DNA of 64,000 bases from a bacterium (lineage in GTDB: Bacteria; AUK180), in assembly GCA_023133295.1 (NCBI GenBank), contig JAGLWT010000116.1, forward strand, positions 13,218 through 77,217, read 5' to 3'. Below are positions 1 through 8,690 of the stretch, one piece after another. Each line of letters starts with the position of its first letter. Position 1 is the first letter of the stretch. The position numbers and the translations under genes were made by a program. The notes under the pieces were generated by a model. That model did not search any database. It was not told where the DNA came from and saw only the letters and a program-made list of their open reading frames with translations.

Positions 1-170
1 TTCCTTTTGAGTTTGGCGGGCAGTATCCCTTGCGGGTGATCAAATAAAGCAATTTTCTCTATGACAATTTCATTCTCAGTTTCCGGTAACATAATCGGCG
101 AGTCGGTTGTGGCAGAAATAAAGATTTGAGACATTAAGAGAAATATGATTACTGTGATCCTACTTTTCAT
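1..170 (-). CDS. Hypothetical secreted protein, N-terminal part only (the gene continues past the window start)
   Basis: Reverse-strand reading from about 170 gives MKSRITVIIFLLMSQIFISATTDSPIMLPETENEIV..., a signal-peptide-like N-terminus. It is absent from the ORF track, presumably because it is partial and under 60 aa. Coordinates were derived by hand. Confidence 0.25.
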   Translation of the reverse strand, partial: MKSRITVIIFLLMSQIFISATTDSPIMLPETENEIVIEKIALFDHPQGILPAKLKR

Positions 171-224
171 ACCTTTAATAGTGTAACAGATAAGGCTTCT
201 ATTTCCAAACACAGTAGCCAAGCG

Positions 225-420
225 TGCCCATTGTTCATTGTCAATTGTACATTGTTCATTGATTTTTTCTTCTGGATTCCCCACTTCACATAGGCAAATA
301 GCTGGATCTTTCGTTACACTCAAGATGACAAATCCGGATGTGGGTATTATTCCTATTTTCACCTCGTACTTCGCACCTCGTACATCGTACTGGTTTTTAT
401 GGTGTCGGGATGTCAATACT
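225..420. repeat. Intergenic mosaic repeat island (modules A 'cattgttcattgattttttcttctggattc', B 'ggatctttcgttacactcaagatgacaaatcc', E 'cctcgtacttcgcacctcgtacatcgtac')
   Basis: Module A recurs identically at about 10199-10228. Module B recurs reverse-complemented at about 51971-52003. Module E recurs at about 8655-8675. Confidence 0.6.
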
Positions 421-788
421 GCTAAAAGGCGAGCATGTGGCTGTAATTCACCCGAATCCCGTAACAGGCCCTACCGAAGAGGCAATTATGGTGTTCGATC
501 TCAACTGGCTCTTTGATAAGGATGGGTTCGTTATCGCGGGTGTGGGATTAGGGAGAAGTTATGGCATCTGTAATCTGTTCCTCGAGATAATTTATCACTA
601 TGGCTTCATTGACATTAATGAATCGAATCCGACCGCTGAATACATGAACCGCTCACTGATATTGGAATTCGGTATAGGATTTAAATTGAAATAGACAACA
701 ATTCTGTCCGAAGAAGCTTTCAAATTCTGAACACACTTTGACACATACTTGAGAAATGTTATAATTATTCAGATCATAGGAGTTCGAA

Positions 789-1529
789 ATGAGAAAAAGG
801 GGTTCGTTCAGAGATTGCTATTTCATCCTATTGCTTTCTATATTTTTCATTATATTGGGCAGAACAGGATATTCGGATTCATTGAACATGAACTATGTTG
901 GGGGATTTCTGTGTCATAGAGTTGTAGAAACACATGCGACTACGGATACTCTGTATATAGCAACAGAAGAATTGGTAATAGTTGTTGACATCACAGATGA
1001 GAACTATCCATATCAGAAGGGATTCATTGAGCTCGATGCGTCCGTATATTCTATTGATATTGTTGAAAATATGGCGTATGTCGGAACCTATAACGGTCTG
1101 CGGATTTTTGATATCACAGATATTTCCGCACCGGTGGACCACGGGATGTATTCGACTTCCGAACCGGTTTCCAATTTAGAGGCGCAAGGATCCATGGTGC
1201 TTATGGTAGAAAGGGACGAGGGATTCAGACTGCTCGATGTCTCGGACCCGGCAAATCCCGTACTTGATTTCCAGCTGGATTCCTACAATGCCGAAGATGT
1301 ATGTATTCAGGATACCGCAGCATATATGCTTGAAAACGGCGGGCTTCTTATCTACGATATATCAAATTCTCAATCGCCGGCACTGTTAAGCGATACCACA
1401 TATCACAGCAGTCAACAGATAGATGTGGATAGTGATTTCGGAGCGATAATGGCATACAGCACCGTAAGAGTGTTAGACCTCTCGAATCTTACCGGACCTG
1501 TTCAAACCGATACTTTTTCTTACCAATGA
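789..1529 (+). CDS. LVIVD-repeat (beta-propeller) surface protein, N-terminal segment. It ends at an in-frame TGA and continues in the same frame as 1542..3455
   Basis: N-terminal signal peptide (MRKRGSFRDCYFILLLSIFFIILG). Repeated LVIVD-type units (LVIVVDITDENYP, LRIFDITDISAP, LLIYDISNSQSP, VRVLDLSNLTGP). Confidence 0.6.
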   Translation: MRKRGSFRDCYFILLLSIFFIILGRTGYSDSLNMNYVGGFLCHRVVETHATTDTLYIATEELVIVVDITDENYPYQKGFIELDASVYSIDIVENMAYVGTYNGLRIFDITDISAPVDHGMYSTSEPVSNLEAQGSMVLMVERDEGFRLLDVSDPANPVLDFQLDSYNAEDVCIQDTAAYMLENGGLLIYDISNSQSPALLSDTTYHSSQQIDVDSDFGAIMAYSTVRVLDLSNLTGPVQTDTFSYQ

Positions 1530-1541
1530 GATTTCGAAGAA

Positions 1542-3455
1542 TTGAGCATTTCCGGCAGCAAGGTTTATGTGGCATATGATGATGAGGGATTAAGCATACT
1601 TGACATCAGCGATCCGTATGATGTGGTTGAGATCGGGACCCATGACCCCGGCGACAGATTTCCAACATATCTTACAGCCGAAGTCTTTGGAGAATATGCT
1701 TTTATAGGGACATACAGCGGTGTGCGGATATATGATATATCTGTTTCCTCGGCACCCTCCTATTTATCATATTACAATTCTCCGGAATATCCTCACGAAA
1801 CGGTGTCCGTGGGTAATTACTCGTATACCGCAGCTGATGACGATGGTCTTGTGATAATGGACATCACTGACCGACAGCACCCGAAAGCGATAAATTATGT
1901 CTATTATGATATGGGACATTTCTACGGACTTGATGTAAAGGGAGATTACGCTTATGCCACCGACATCGGAACAATTAATATCGCCGCGCTGAAGGTCTTT
2001 GACATCTCAGACCCCTACAATGTGGATTTTGTCGCGTTCTACCCTATTTCCACCGACTGGTTCTGGGGGGTAACTATCTATGGGGATAATGCGTATATCG
2101 CATGTAAGGACCTGGGAATGCTGATCATCGATATCACTGGAACAGGGGTATTGAGCAAAGTAGGGGAATATGTTCCCTCCGGTGATGTCTATGATATCGC
2201 GATAGAAAATGATATCGCGTATGTCGGACACGCATATGGATTTTCCGTGGTAGATATTTCTGAACCGTCAAATCCCCTTGAGATAGGAACACTGAATTCA
2301 ATTGCTCCTGCGGGAAGTATCACATTAACAGGGGACGGGTACTGTTATATAGCATCTCCAGACCGCTTTTCGGTGGTGGACATTGACGACCCCAGGCATC
2401 CGCAATTTATAAAAAGCATAATTCCGGGAAACAATCTGACGTCTGTTTCCATGACGGGAGATTTTCTCTACGCAAGTACTTTTTATGATTATTATAATTC
2501 CAGGGTTATCGCCTATGATATCAGCGATCGGGAAAACCCCGTGCAGTCCGCCTACATGGATGTTCCCGGCTTGGCAATATACACTTCAGCTCATGGCAAT
2601 GAGATATATGCCGGAAACGCATACAGAGGGCTTTTCCTTCTTGACAATGAGTCCGCCGCTGTAATCGCGGGAACTGTTGTCAATACGATGGGGAGCAAGA
2701 TCTCGGAAGTCAAACTTGAGTTCACCACCGCGGGAGGCAGGAAGGTCCTTTGTAAATCGGATGAGGAGGGATACTATTTCACACATTTGAAAAAAGGTGC
2801 GGACTTCGCAGTCACGCCTTTCCATCCGATGTATTATTTGGAACCCGACAGCCGTACATATACGGCGATCAACGGCGATTTTTTAAATGATACTTATACT
2901 GCAATACCGAAAACGGCTTATACGCTTTCTGGGGATATTAAGGATCAGAATGATCAGGGTATTCCTGACGTTGAACTCGATATATATGTCCTCGGGGACC
3001 TGTTCAGGACGGTATTAACGACCGGAACAGGAAGTTATAGCTTCTCAGAACTTTTCGAAGGAGCAACATATACCGTTATCCCGGAAAGGGATTTCTTCCG
3101 GTTTGAACCCGGGCAGGTGGTTATTCCAGGTGTTTCAGGAGACCATATCCAGGATTTTACCGGATTTACGATCAAATCACTTGAATTTGTAAAAGCCTAT
3201 CCGAATCCTGTTATCTACCCCGATGAAGTATATGAGATCGCTTTTGAAGGATACACAGAGGATTGTACAATAAGAATCTTCACTATTTCCGGGGAACTGA
3301 TAATAGAGTTGACACCCGTAGGCCCACAGACCTTCTGGGACCTTAAGAACGATGAAGAGAAACTTATTGCCTCAGGCGTGTATATCTACTCGATCACGGA
3401 TCCTGAAGGCAATAGAATGGCCGGTAAGTTCGCTGTGATCAAAAGCGGGAATTAG
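1542..3455 (+). CDS. LVIVD-repeat protein (continuation) with two carboxypeptidase-regulatory-like domains and a T9SS C-terminal sorting domain
   Basis: More than ten LVIVD-like repeats (LSILDISDPYD, VRIYDISVSSAP, LVIMDITDRQHP, LKVFDISDPYN, LIIDITGTG, SVVDISEPSNP, SVVDIDDPRHP, IAYDISDRENP). CarboxypepD_reg-like segments (GTVVNTMGSKISEVKLEF...GYYFTHL; LSGDIKDQNDQGIPDVELDIYV). C-terminus YPNPV...TIRIFTISGELI...ASGVYIYSI...KFAVIKSGN matches a Por_Secre_tail type-A CTD. The track start is TTG. Probably the same gene as 789..1529. Confidence 0.7.
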   Translation: MSISGSKVYVAYDDEGLSILDISDPYDVVEIGTHDPGDRFPTYLTAEVFGEYAFIGTYSGVRIYDISVSSAPSYLSYYNSPEYPHETVSVGNYSYTAADDDGLVIMDITDRQHPKAINYVYYDMGHFYGLDVKGDYAYATDIGTINIAALKVFDISDPYNVDFVAFYPISTDWFWGVTIYGDNAYIACKDLGMLIIDITGTGVLSKVGEYVPSGDVYDIAIENDIAYVGHAYGFSVVDISEPSNPLEIGTLNSIAPAGSITLTGDGYCYIASPDRFSVVDIDDPRHPQFIKSIIPGNNLTSVSMTGDFLYASTFYDYYNSRVIAYDISDRENPVQSAYMDVPGLAIYTSAHGNEIYAGNAYRGLFLLDNESAAVIAGTVVNTMGSKISEVKLEFTTAGGRKVLCKSDEEGYYFTHLKKGADFAVTPFHPMYYLEPDSRTYTAINGDFLNDTYTAIPKTAYTLSGDIKDQNDQGIPDVELDIYVLGDLFRTVLTTGTGSYSFSELFEGATYTVIPERDFFRFEPGQVVIPGVSGDHIQDFTGFTIKSLEFVKAYPNPVIYPDEVYEIAFEGYTEDCTIRIFTISGELIIELTPVGPQTFWDLKNDEEKLIASGVYIYSITDPEGNRMAGKFAVIKSGN

Positions 3456-3699
3456 CGCAGTTATTTCAAGATAGCGAATTTTCCAGACTTATTTTCAGTT
3501 GAATGCCTTTGTGTTCTTCACTGTTAGGGCGAAGTATCCGATCTTGTCCGTAAGCGCCGATACACTTCAGCCAAAGTCATCCGACTGATGAGGATGGTTG
3601 TCCCGATATCTGCAAACTGCTACGGGATAAATTGCGTTTATTGCAAATTGCTTTATCATCAGATATGATCTCCCATTATCATTATAATTATGTATCATT

Positions 3700-3800
3700 T
3701 TCAGATTGTAATGCAAGAATTGTCTCCATTCCCTGCAGGAGATGGAGTCCCGATCAAGCCGGGAATGACGGAGGACAGGTCAAGCCCTGTCCCTACGATT
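3700..3800. repeat. Intergenic repeat modules C ('gtaatgcaagaat...ccattccctgcaggagatgg') and D ('ccgatcaagccgggaatgacggaggacaggtcaagccctgtccctacg')
   Basis: Near-identical copy at about 8467-8560. Module D recurs reverse-complemented at about 51866-51900, and its first half recurs at about 54813-54835. Confidence 0.6.
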
Positions 3801-3865
3801 TTGCGACAAATGCCATTTATCCAGCACTTTTCAAGAGTGCTGGACTACCGCCACTATTACTTTCC

Positions 3866-4636
3866 CTAAAGTCTTATTATCCAGTTCGCTCCCTTATTGT
3901 TATCACATTCCCCTTTTTCATTAAGGAAAGTGAATTCTACGGTATTAGTTCCTTCAGGTATCTTTATTATGATGATCCACAGATCATCGGAAATATTAAT
4001 CATTCTCCTGTCATGAATGTCCTGCCAGTCATTGAAGCCGGAATGCAGCTTCATCTTGCCCGCTGTGGGAAAGATCGTTCTATAAAGGATATTCGCTTCA
4101 TTCCCCTCTTCATGCGCTGATATTGAAAAACTGATGCTTCCTTTTTCCTTTACTTCCTCCAGCTGCAGGAGTCCGAAGATATCCTTTAGTATCTGCTCTT
4201 TGAATTCACTGCCGGGCTCCCTTTTAAGAAACTCATAATAGTTGGAAATAGTTTCGTTCTTCCGGCGGTTCAAAAGATGGAGGTTGGCGAGATAATAGTA
4301 CGGATCCGGAAAATCCTTGTCCCTATCGATAGAGTTAGTGAACTCCTTCTCCGCTATATCAAGCTTGTCCATCAGATAATAAAGCAGGCCTACATCGAAA
4401 TGAAGTTGGGAATCATCCTCTCCCAATTCAAGAAGTGTGTTGTAATACTTTAGCGATTTATCATAATCAGTCTTTAAATAATATGAATACGCAAGGGAAT
4501 TCAGTACATCAATGTTCTTGCTGTCAATGTCATAAGCTTTCCGAAACTCTTTCAGGGCTTCATCAACAGAATTGTCCTCTAAATACAGTTCTCCCATTTC
4601 GATAAGATCGTTGATATTGCTTTTGTTTTCTTCCAT
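3866..4636 (-). CDS. TPR-repeat protein with a C-terminal CBM48/AMPK-beta-like (glycogen-binding-type) domain
   Basis: N-terminal TPR-like repeats (ALKEFRKAYDIDSKNIDVLNSLAYSYYLKTDYDKSLKYYNTLLEL...). C-terminal region HSGFNDWQDI...W...PEGTNTVEFTFLNEKGECDNNKGANWII resembles a CBM48/CBM20 fold. It lies 30 nt downstream of the second bactofilin gene. Confidence 0.45.
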   Translation of the reverse strand: MEENKSNINDLIEMGELYLEDNSVDEALKEFRKAYDIDSKNIDVLNSLAYSYYLKTDYDKSLKYYNTLLELGEDDSQLHFDVGLLYYLMDKLDIAEKEFTNSIDRDKDFPDPYYYLANLHLLNRRKNETISNYYEFLKREPGSEFKEQILKDIFGLLQLEEVKEKGSISFSISAHEEGNEANILYRTIFPTAGKMKLHSGFNDWQDIHDRRMINISDDLWIIIIKIPEGTNTVEFTFLNEKGECDNNKGANWIIRL

Positions 4637-4666
4637 TTCTTTACACCACTTTGCACAAGACTTATG

Positions 4667-5209
4667 CTATTTCCTTTTCTTGCGCTTAATATTTGGCCCC
4701 ACATTCTTCTTTTCGGATTTCACCTCTGTCTTTTCTTCATTTTTCACTTCTTCTTTCTCTTCTTTCTTTGCTTCGGCTTCTTTTTCCGCTACAGGCTCTT
4801 CTTTCACTTCTTCAACGGGTGCAGGTTCTACTTTTTTCTCTTCGGCAGGCCCGTCCTTTTTGGGAGAAATTTTAAGATCCCCCATATCAATTTTCATCAT
4901 ATCAATATTACCGCGAAATTTAGCTCCATCCTTGATAACAAGCCTTGGTGCCTTGATGTCCCCTATCATTCTACCGGATTCGGTTATCTCGATCTTATCA
5001 TTTACTGTAATGTTCCCGTTTATCCGACCACTGATCTCGGTGTTTTGAGTCTGAACATCCGCCTCAAGCACACCCGTCTCCATTATTGTAAGATTCTTAT
5101 TTAACTTGATCGATCCCTCAACTCTTCCTTCAATGATCAGATCTTCATCACCTTCAAGCTCTCCCTTGATAACAATCGTTTTTCCAATGACAGTATGTTT
5201 ATCTTCCAT
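4667..5209 (-). CDS. Bactofilin-family cytoskeletal protein with a Lys/Glu-rich C-terminal tail
   Basis: Bactofilin beta-helical repeat pattern (VIGKTIVIKGELEGDEDLIIEGRVEGSIKLNKNLTIMETGVLEADVQTQNTEISGRINGNITVNDKIEITESGRMIGDIKAPRLVIKDGAKFRGNIDM). RBS GGAGGA upstream of the ATG at 5209. KE/PAE-rich tail. Confidence 0.85.
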   Translation of the reverse strand: MEDKHTVIGKTIVIKGELEGDEDLIIEGRVEGSIKLNKNLTIMETGVLEADVQTQNTEISGRINGNITVNDKIEITESGRMIGDIKAPRLVIKDGAKFRGNIDMMKIDMGDLKISPKKDGPAEEKKVEPAPVEEVKEEPVAEKEAEAKKEEKEEVKNEEKTEVKSEKKNVGPNIKRKKRK

Positions 5210-5227
5210 GTCCTTCCTCCGTTTGGA

Positions 5228-5632
5228 TTATTCCTTGTCTTCCGCGCTTTTCTGCATATCGATACTCCCACGGAATACCGCACCGTCAGCTAAAACAACT
5301 CTGGGAGATTTGATATCTCCGGTCATTTTTCCATGATCCGTTATCTCAACGCGGTTGGTCGCTATGATATTTCCTGTGAGTTTTCCCGAGACCTTGATCT
5401 CCGAAGTATCAATATCAGCCTTGACATCTCCCGTCATATCAATAAGAAGATGTTTCTTCAAATTAATATTTCCCTCGATCTTACCTTTAATAATAAGATC
5501 CTCTTTACCAGATACCTCCCCTCTTATCAGTATGGATTCTCCAATGACGGTGGGTTTGGATTCGCTTGACGCACCGGTGTTTTTGTATCCCCCGGGCTTA
5601 CCTTGCTCATTTACTTTTCTATTATCATCCAT
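5228..5632 (-). CDS. Bactofilin-family cytoskeletal protein (paralog). Start revised to the internal ATG
   Basis: Bactofilin repeats (VIGESILIRGEVSGKEDLIIKGKIEGNINLKKHLLIDMTGDVKADIDTSEIKVSGKLTGNIIATNRVEITDHGKMTGDIKSPRVVLADGAVFRGSID). The track ORF runs to 5719, but the ATG at 5632 (MDDNRKVNEQ...) is preceded by GAGGAG at -8. Confidence 0.8.
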   Translation of the reverse strand: MDDNRKVNEQGKPGGYKNTGASSESKPTVIGESILIRGEVSGKEDLIIKGKIEGNINLKKHLLIDMTGDVKADIDTSEIKVSGKLTGNIIATNRVEITDHGKMTGDIKSPRVVLADGAVFRGSIDMQKSAEDKE

Positions 5633-5954
5633 GGTTCTATCTCCTCGTAAAATTCTAACACATAACCCGGGATATGTCAATTCTTTGATTGATGCCTGAT
5701 TTGATTGATGCCATAACATATTGACTTTTGCTTCCGATCCATATAGTTCTCCATGTAATACTCTATCGCTGACATTTTCCTTTCCTTTTTACCGATAACG
5801 GACATCTTTATTGAAATATTCCTGCTGTCTTTTCATAATTCCAGCGGACCATCTTTTCTCTCTTGCACATAATGGCGCTCTGTCCTTTTCATGTATGTTA
5901 TCTATTTGTGATAATAACAATTGAATAAGAAAAGCATTTTTGGTATAATTCACC

Positions 5955-8012
5955 ATGATAAACAAGGATCGCTTGCCAAAACTTGATAAACTGCCTTCAT
6001 ATGGCAAATTCGGCTCCCTGATCAAGCTTAATGAGGTAGAGAAACTTGTTTCAAGATACCTTATGGCATTCGACGAACTTTTTAATGAAATTGAAAAATC
6101 GAGAGAATTAAAATCACAGTTCAAAGAATTGAGAGCTGAACATCAAAAGATCCTGAAAAAGAAAGATAGGAATGAGGAAGAATTGCAGAGAAAACTTGGA
6201 CTTGCCAAAGATAGATTCCTGAATATGAAAAGTGAGATCAAGGACCTTAACAAGCAGATCAGCGGCCTCAAAAAACAAACCGACTCGGCAGGCGCATCCT
6301 TTGAAGAAATTGAAAAAGACCGTAATGAAATATACAATGAACTCAAAGCCCTTGAAAATAGCAGTGACGGGGTGAAAAACGACCTGAAGGACACGAAGAA
6401 AGAGAATAGACGGCTGTTAAAGGAAAACACAACCGCGGTGGATGCTTTGGAAAAACTGGAGAATGATCAGAAAGAAAAGACTTCCGAGATTTCCGGATTA
6501 AGATTAAAGATCGACGAGATTCAAGCTGAGAAAGAAAGAATTCAAAACGAGTTCGATGGTCTGAACAATAATTTGTCCGATTATGCTTTTGACAAGGAGA
6601 ACCTGAGCGAGCAGCTTGAAAAGGTCACAACTAAACTATCGGATAATGAAAGCGCTTTGAAGAACAACAACAATATCATCAAAAATCTGAGTGCGACCAT
6701 AGGTGAGCTCAGAGGTGAAATAAAAGACCTTGATAAGGACAAGGATGATCGCAGAATAGAAGTGAAGGAATTGAAATCACTTCAGAAGGCCGCTGACAAA
6801 GATAAGGTAAAACGGGAAAATAAAATTGTCAAATTTGAAAATAAAATTGAAAAACTGGAGTCAGAGAAAAGGGCTGTTGCCAATGAAAGGGATTCTATTT
6901 CAGAAGACTTGAAAAAACAAATAGATAAACTGAATAGCGATATCTCTGAATTTGAGGAACTGCTTTCCGATTCCGAGGTCGACCATGATCGTTTAAAAGG
7001 CGATACCGAAGAAAGTAAAGCTCACATTAAAGAACTTAAGGCTACTATAGATAGCCTCAGAAAGAGTCTTGAAGAAAATGATGAAAAACTAAAAGAGAAC
7101 GAAGCAGAAAAAGAAAGGTGCACTTCTGAACTGAAGAATAATCTAGAATCAAGAGACAGTGAGATCTTAAAAATCAGCAAAGAACTCGATGCAATCACGC
7201 AGGACGATTTAACGGCACAGAATGAGCTCAAGGGAAAAGAACAAGGTATAACCATGCTGAGCACGGAGATAGAAGACAAAGATAAGCAGATCGATCGGCT
7301 CGGAATAAAGCTTGAGGAATTATCCAAGGACGACCTTGATATAAAATCGGAGCTTAAAGAAAAGGCGTCGCTTATTGACAAACTGAGTAAAAACATTTTT
7401 GAAATGACTTCTGAAAATTCCGGGCTTAAGGATGACCTGGAAAAACTGGGCAATGAAAGAGACGAAAAAGAAACTCTTGTCTCAGAGCTGAGTGAAAGGA
7501 TCGGTCAGCTTGAAGGCCAGGACGGCAATATAAAAAGCAGTATTGCTGAAAAAGAAGGGTTGATCGCAAATCTGGAAAAGACTAATGCGGATATCCTGAA
7601 AGAGAGGGAGGATCTTAGTAAAGAAATAAAGATTATCCTCGAAGAGATCAAAAAGGAAAAAGAAAATAACAAAGAATTGAGTAAACAATTGAAATTAAAA
7701 GAAAAGGAAATGGAAGGACTTCTTAAGAAGATAGACGAGGTTCTGGGGACTCAACTTAAGGAGGTCGAGGATCCCCTTGCGGAATATCTGAATCTCCAGA
7801 AACTGGAACCAGAGGAAATACCCAGCGACAAACAAACAACTGGCGGAGATGAATCGGATATGCAAAACAAATTGATGAATACCATGAAGGAAAATAAGGA
7901 ATTGAGAGAGCAGATGACAGAACTGCAGGATATCCTGCAATCCAGGGGGAATGAGATAATCCGTTTCAAAGAGCAAGTGGAAGCTCTTCAGAAAAAACTC
8001 GATGGATCTTGA
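5955..8012 (+). CDS. Long coiled-coil protein (685 aa, Lys/Glu/Leu-rich heptad-like sequence, no ATPase motifs seen)
   Basis: Continuous coiled-coil-type low-complexity sequence (ELKSQFKELRAEHQKILKK..., KELKATIDSLRKSLEENDEKLKENEAEKER...). No Walker A motif, so not a canonical SMC. Divergently transcribed from the bactofilin pair. TATAAT at about 5944-5949, immediately before the ATG. Confidence 0.6.
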   Translation: MINKDRLPKLDKLPSYGKFGSLIKLNEVEKLVSRYLMAFDELFNEIEKSRELKSQFKELRAEHQKILKKKDRNEEELQRKLGLAKDRFLNMKSEIKDLNKQISGLKKQTDSAGASFEEIEKDRNEIYNELKALENSSDGVKNDLKDTKKENRRLLKENTTAVDALEKLENDQKEKTSEISGLRLKIDEIQAEKERIQNEFDGLNNNLSDYAFDKENLSEQLEKVTTKLSDNESALKNNNNIIKNLSATIGELRGEIKDLDKDKDDRRIEVKELKSLQKAADKDKVKRENKIVKFENKIEKLESEKRAVANERDSISEDLKKQIDKLNSDISEFEELLSDSEVDHDRLKGDTEESKAHIKELKATIDSLRKSLEENDEKLKENEAEKERCTSELKNNLESRDSEILKISKELDAITQDDLTAQNELKGKEQGITMLSTEIEDKDKQIDRLGIKLEELSKDDLDIKSELKEKASLIDKLSKNIFEMTSENSGLKDDLEKLGNERDEKETLVSELSERIGQLEGQDGNIKSSIAEKEGLIANLEKTNADILKEREDLSKEIKIILEEIKKEKENNKELSKQLKLKEKEMEGLLKKIDEVLGTQLKEVEDPLAEYLNLQKLEPEEIPSDKQTTGGDESDMQNKLMNTMKENKELREQMTELQDILQSRGNEIIRFKEQVEALQKKLDGS

Positions 8013-8033
8013 TCCGGATATTATCAGGGACGG

Positions 8034-8390
8034 TCAGTCCGAATTTTCATCGATATAATCTGAAATCAATCTGACATCGGTGTCAGACATATTTTTGAAT
8101 TCTATACCGAAATCATACAGAGTCTTATTATTTTCGTGTTTTGTGAAAACCCTCACCACCTGACCCTGACATTCGATTACCTTATCTTCAAATTCAAGAT
8201 CAAAGACAAGCGGTTTAAATACAGAAAGTTCGATCACACTGTCAGTTTCAAGATCTAACTCCAGACAGGTTCCCCCTCCGCTTATATTAATCAATTTGGC
8301 CGAATATTCCTTTTCATCTCCGCCAAACATGAATTTAATATCTGCGCTATGAGTGTGCAACCGTTCATGTTTTCTCTTATTCTCATTCAT
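8034..8390 (-). CDS. PilZ-domain protein (c-di-GMP receptor type). Start revised to the internal ATG with RBS
   Basis: PilZ signature: KRKHERL (RxxxR-like), then DIKFMF, then AKLINISGGGTCLE (DxSxGG-like). The ATG at 8388-8390 is preceded by AAAGGAG at -13 to -7. The track ORF extends to 8501, which runs into a repeat island. Confidence 0.6.
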   Translation of the reverse strand: MNENKRKHERLHTHSADIKFMFGGDEKEYSAKLINISGGGTCLELDLETDSVIELSVFKPLVFDLEFEDKVIECQGQVVRVFTKHENNKTLYDFGIEFKNMSDTDVRLISDYIDENSD

Positions 8391-8464
8391 ATGAATTCTC
8401 CTTTGTATAAAAGCAGTATATAACAAAATACCCGGATTATCAAGATAGCCTGATCCAAAGTTGG

Positions 8465-8690
8465 AGTATTGTAATGCAAGAATCATATCCATTACCTGCA
8501 AGAGATGGATCCTTCGCTCCGCTCAGGATGACGAAAGACCGGTCAAGCCCTGTCCCTACGAAGATCCTCTATTATTTCTCATTTCCCACTTGTGCCCTTG
8601 TCACTTGTGCACTTGTGCTCTGCGAAGCATGTCCATTGTACATTTCTCTTTATCCACCTCGTACTTCGCACTTGCAATAAAACTGGATCC
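8465..8690. repeat. Intergenic mosaic repeat island (modules C, D, E plus 'cacttgtgc' micro-tandem)
   Basis: It matches 3706-3800 (modules C and D) and 358-395 (module E, the cgtac-rich unit). Internal 'cacttgtgcccttgtcacttgtgcacttgtgc' repeats occur at about 8588-8620. Confidence 0.6.

Noticed and set aside
1527-1529. TGA read as selenocysteine or as Gly (genetic code 25)
   Set aside because: Other genes in the window terminate on TGA. The pgk stop, for example, overlaps the tpiA start as ATGA. There is no obvious SECIS-like hairpin, and Sec in a structural repeat protein is implausible. A nonsense mutation or a sequencing error is more parsimonious.
3632-4120. Plus-strand 162-aa ORF
   Set aside because: It begins inside repeat modules C/D and runs antisense to the well-supported TPR/CBM gene (3866..4636), so it is most likely spurious.
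4572-5104. Plus-strand ORFs (158, 146 and 60 aa) overlapping the bactofilin gene
   Set aside because: They are low-complexity Phe/Ser/Leu-rich translations of the antisense of the Lys/Glu-rich bactofilin tail. They have no RBS and no domain signal. The bactofilin frame on the minus strand is clearly the real gene.
6143-7976. Minus-strand ORFs (95, 143, 68, 93 and 72 aa) inside the coiled-coil gene
   Set aside because: They are antisense artefacts of a repetitive GAA/AAG-rich coding sequence. Their translations are Ser/Phe/Leu-rich with no motifs.
5955-8012. SMC/chromosome-segregation ATPase
   Set aside because: Only coiled-coil sequence is present. There is no N-terminal Walker A, no C-terminal Walker B or signature motif, and no hinge, so I call it a generic coiled-coil protein.
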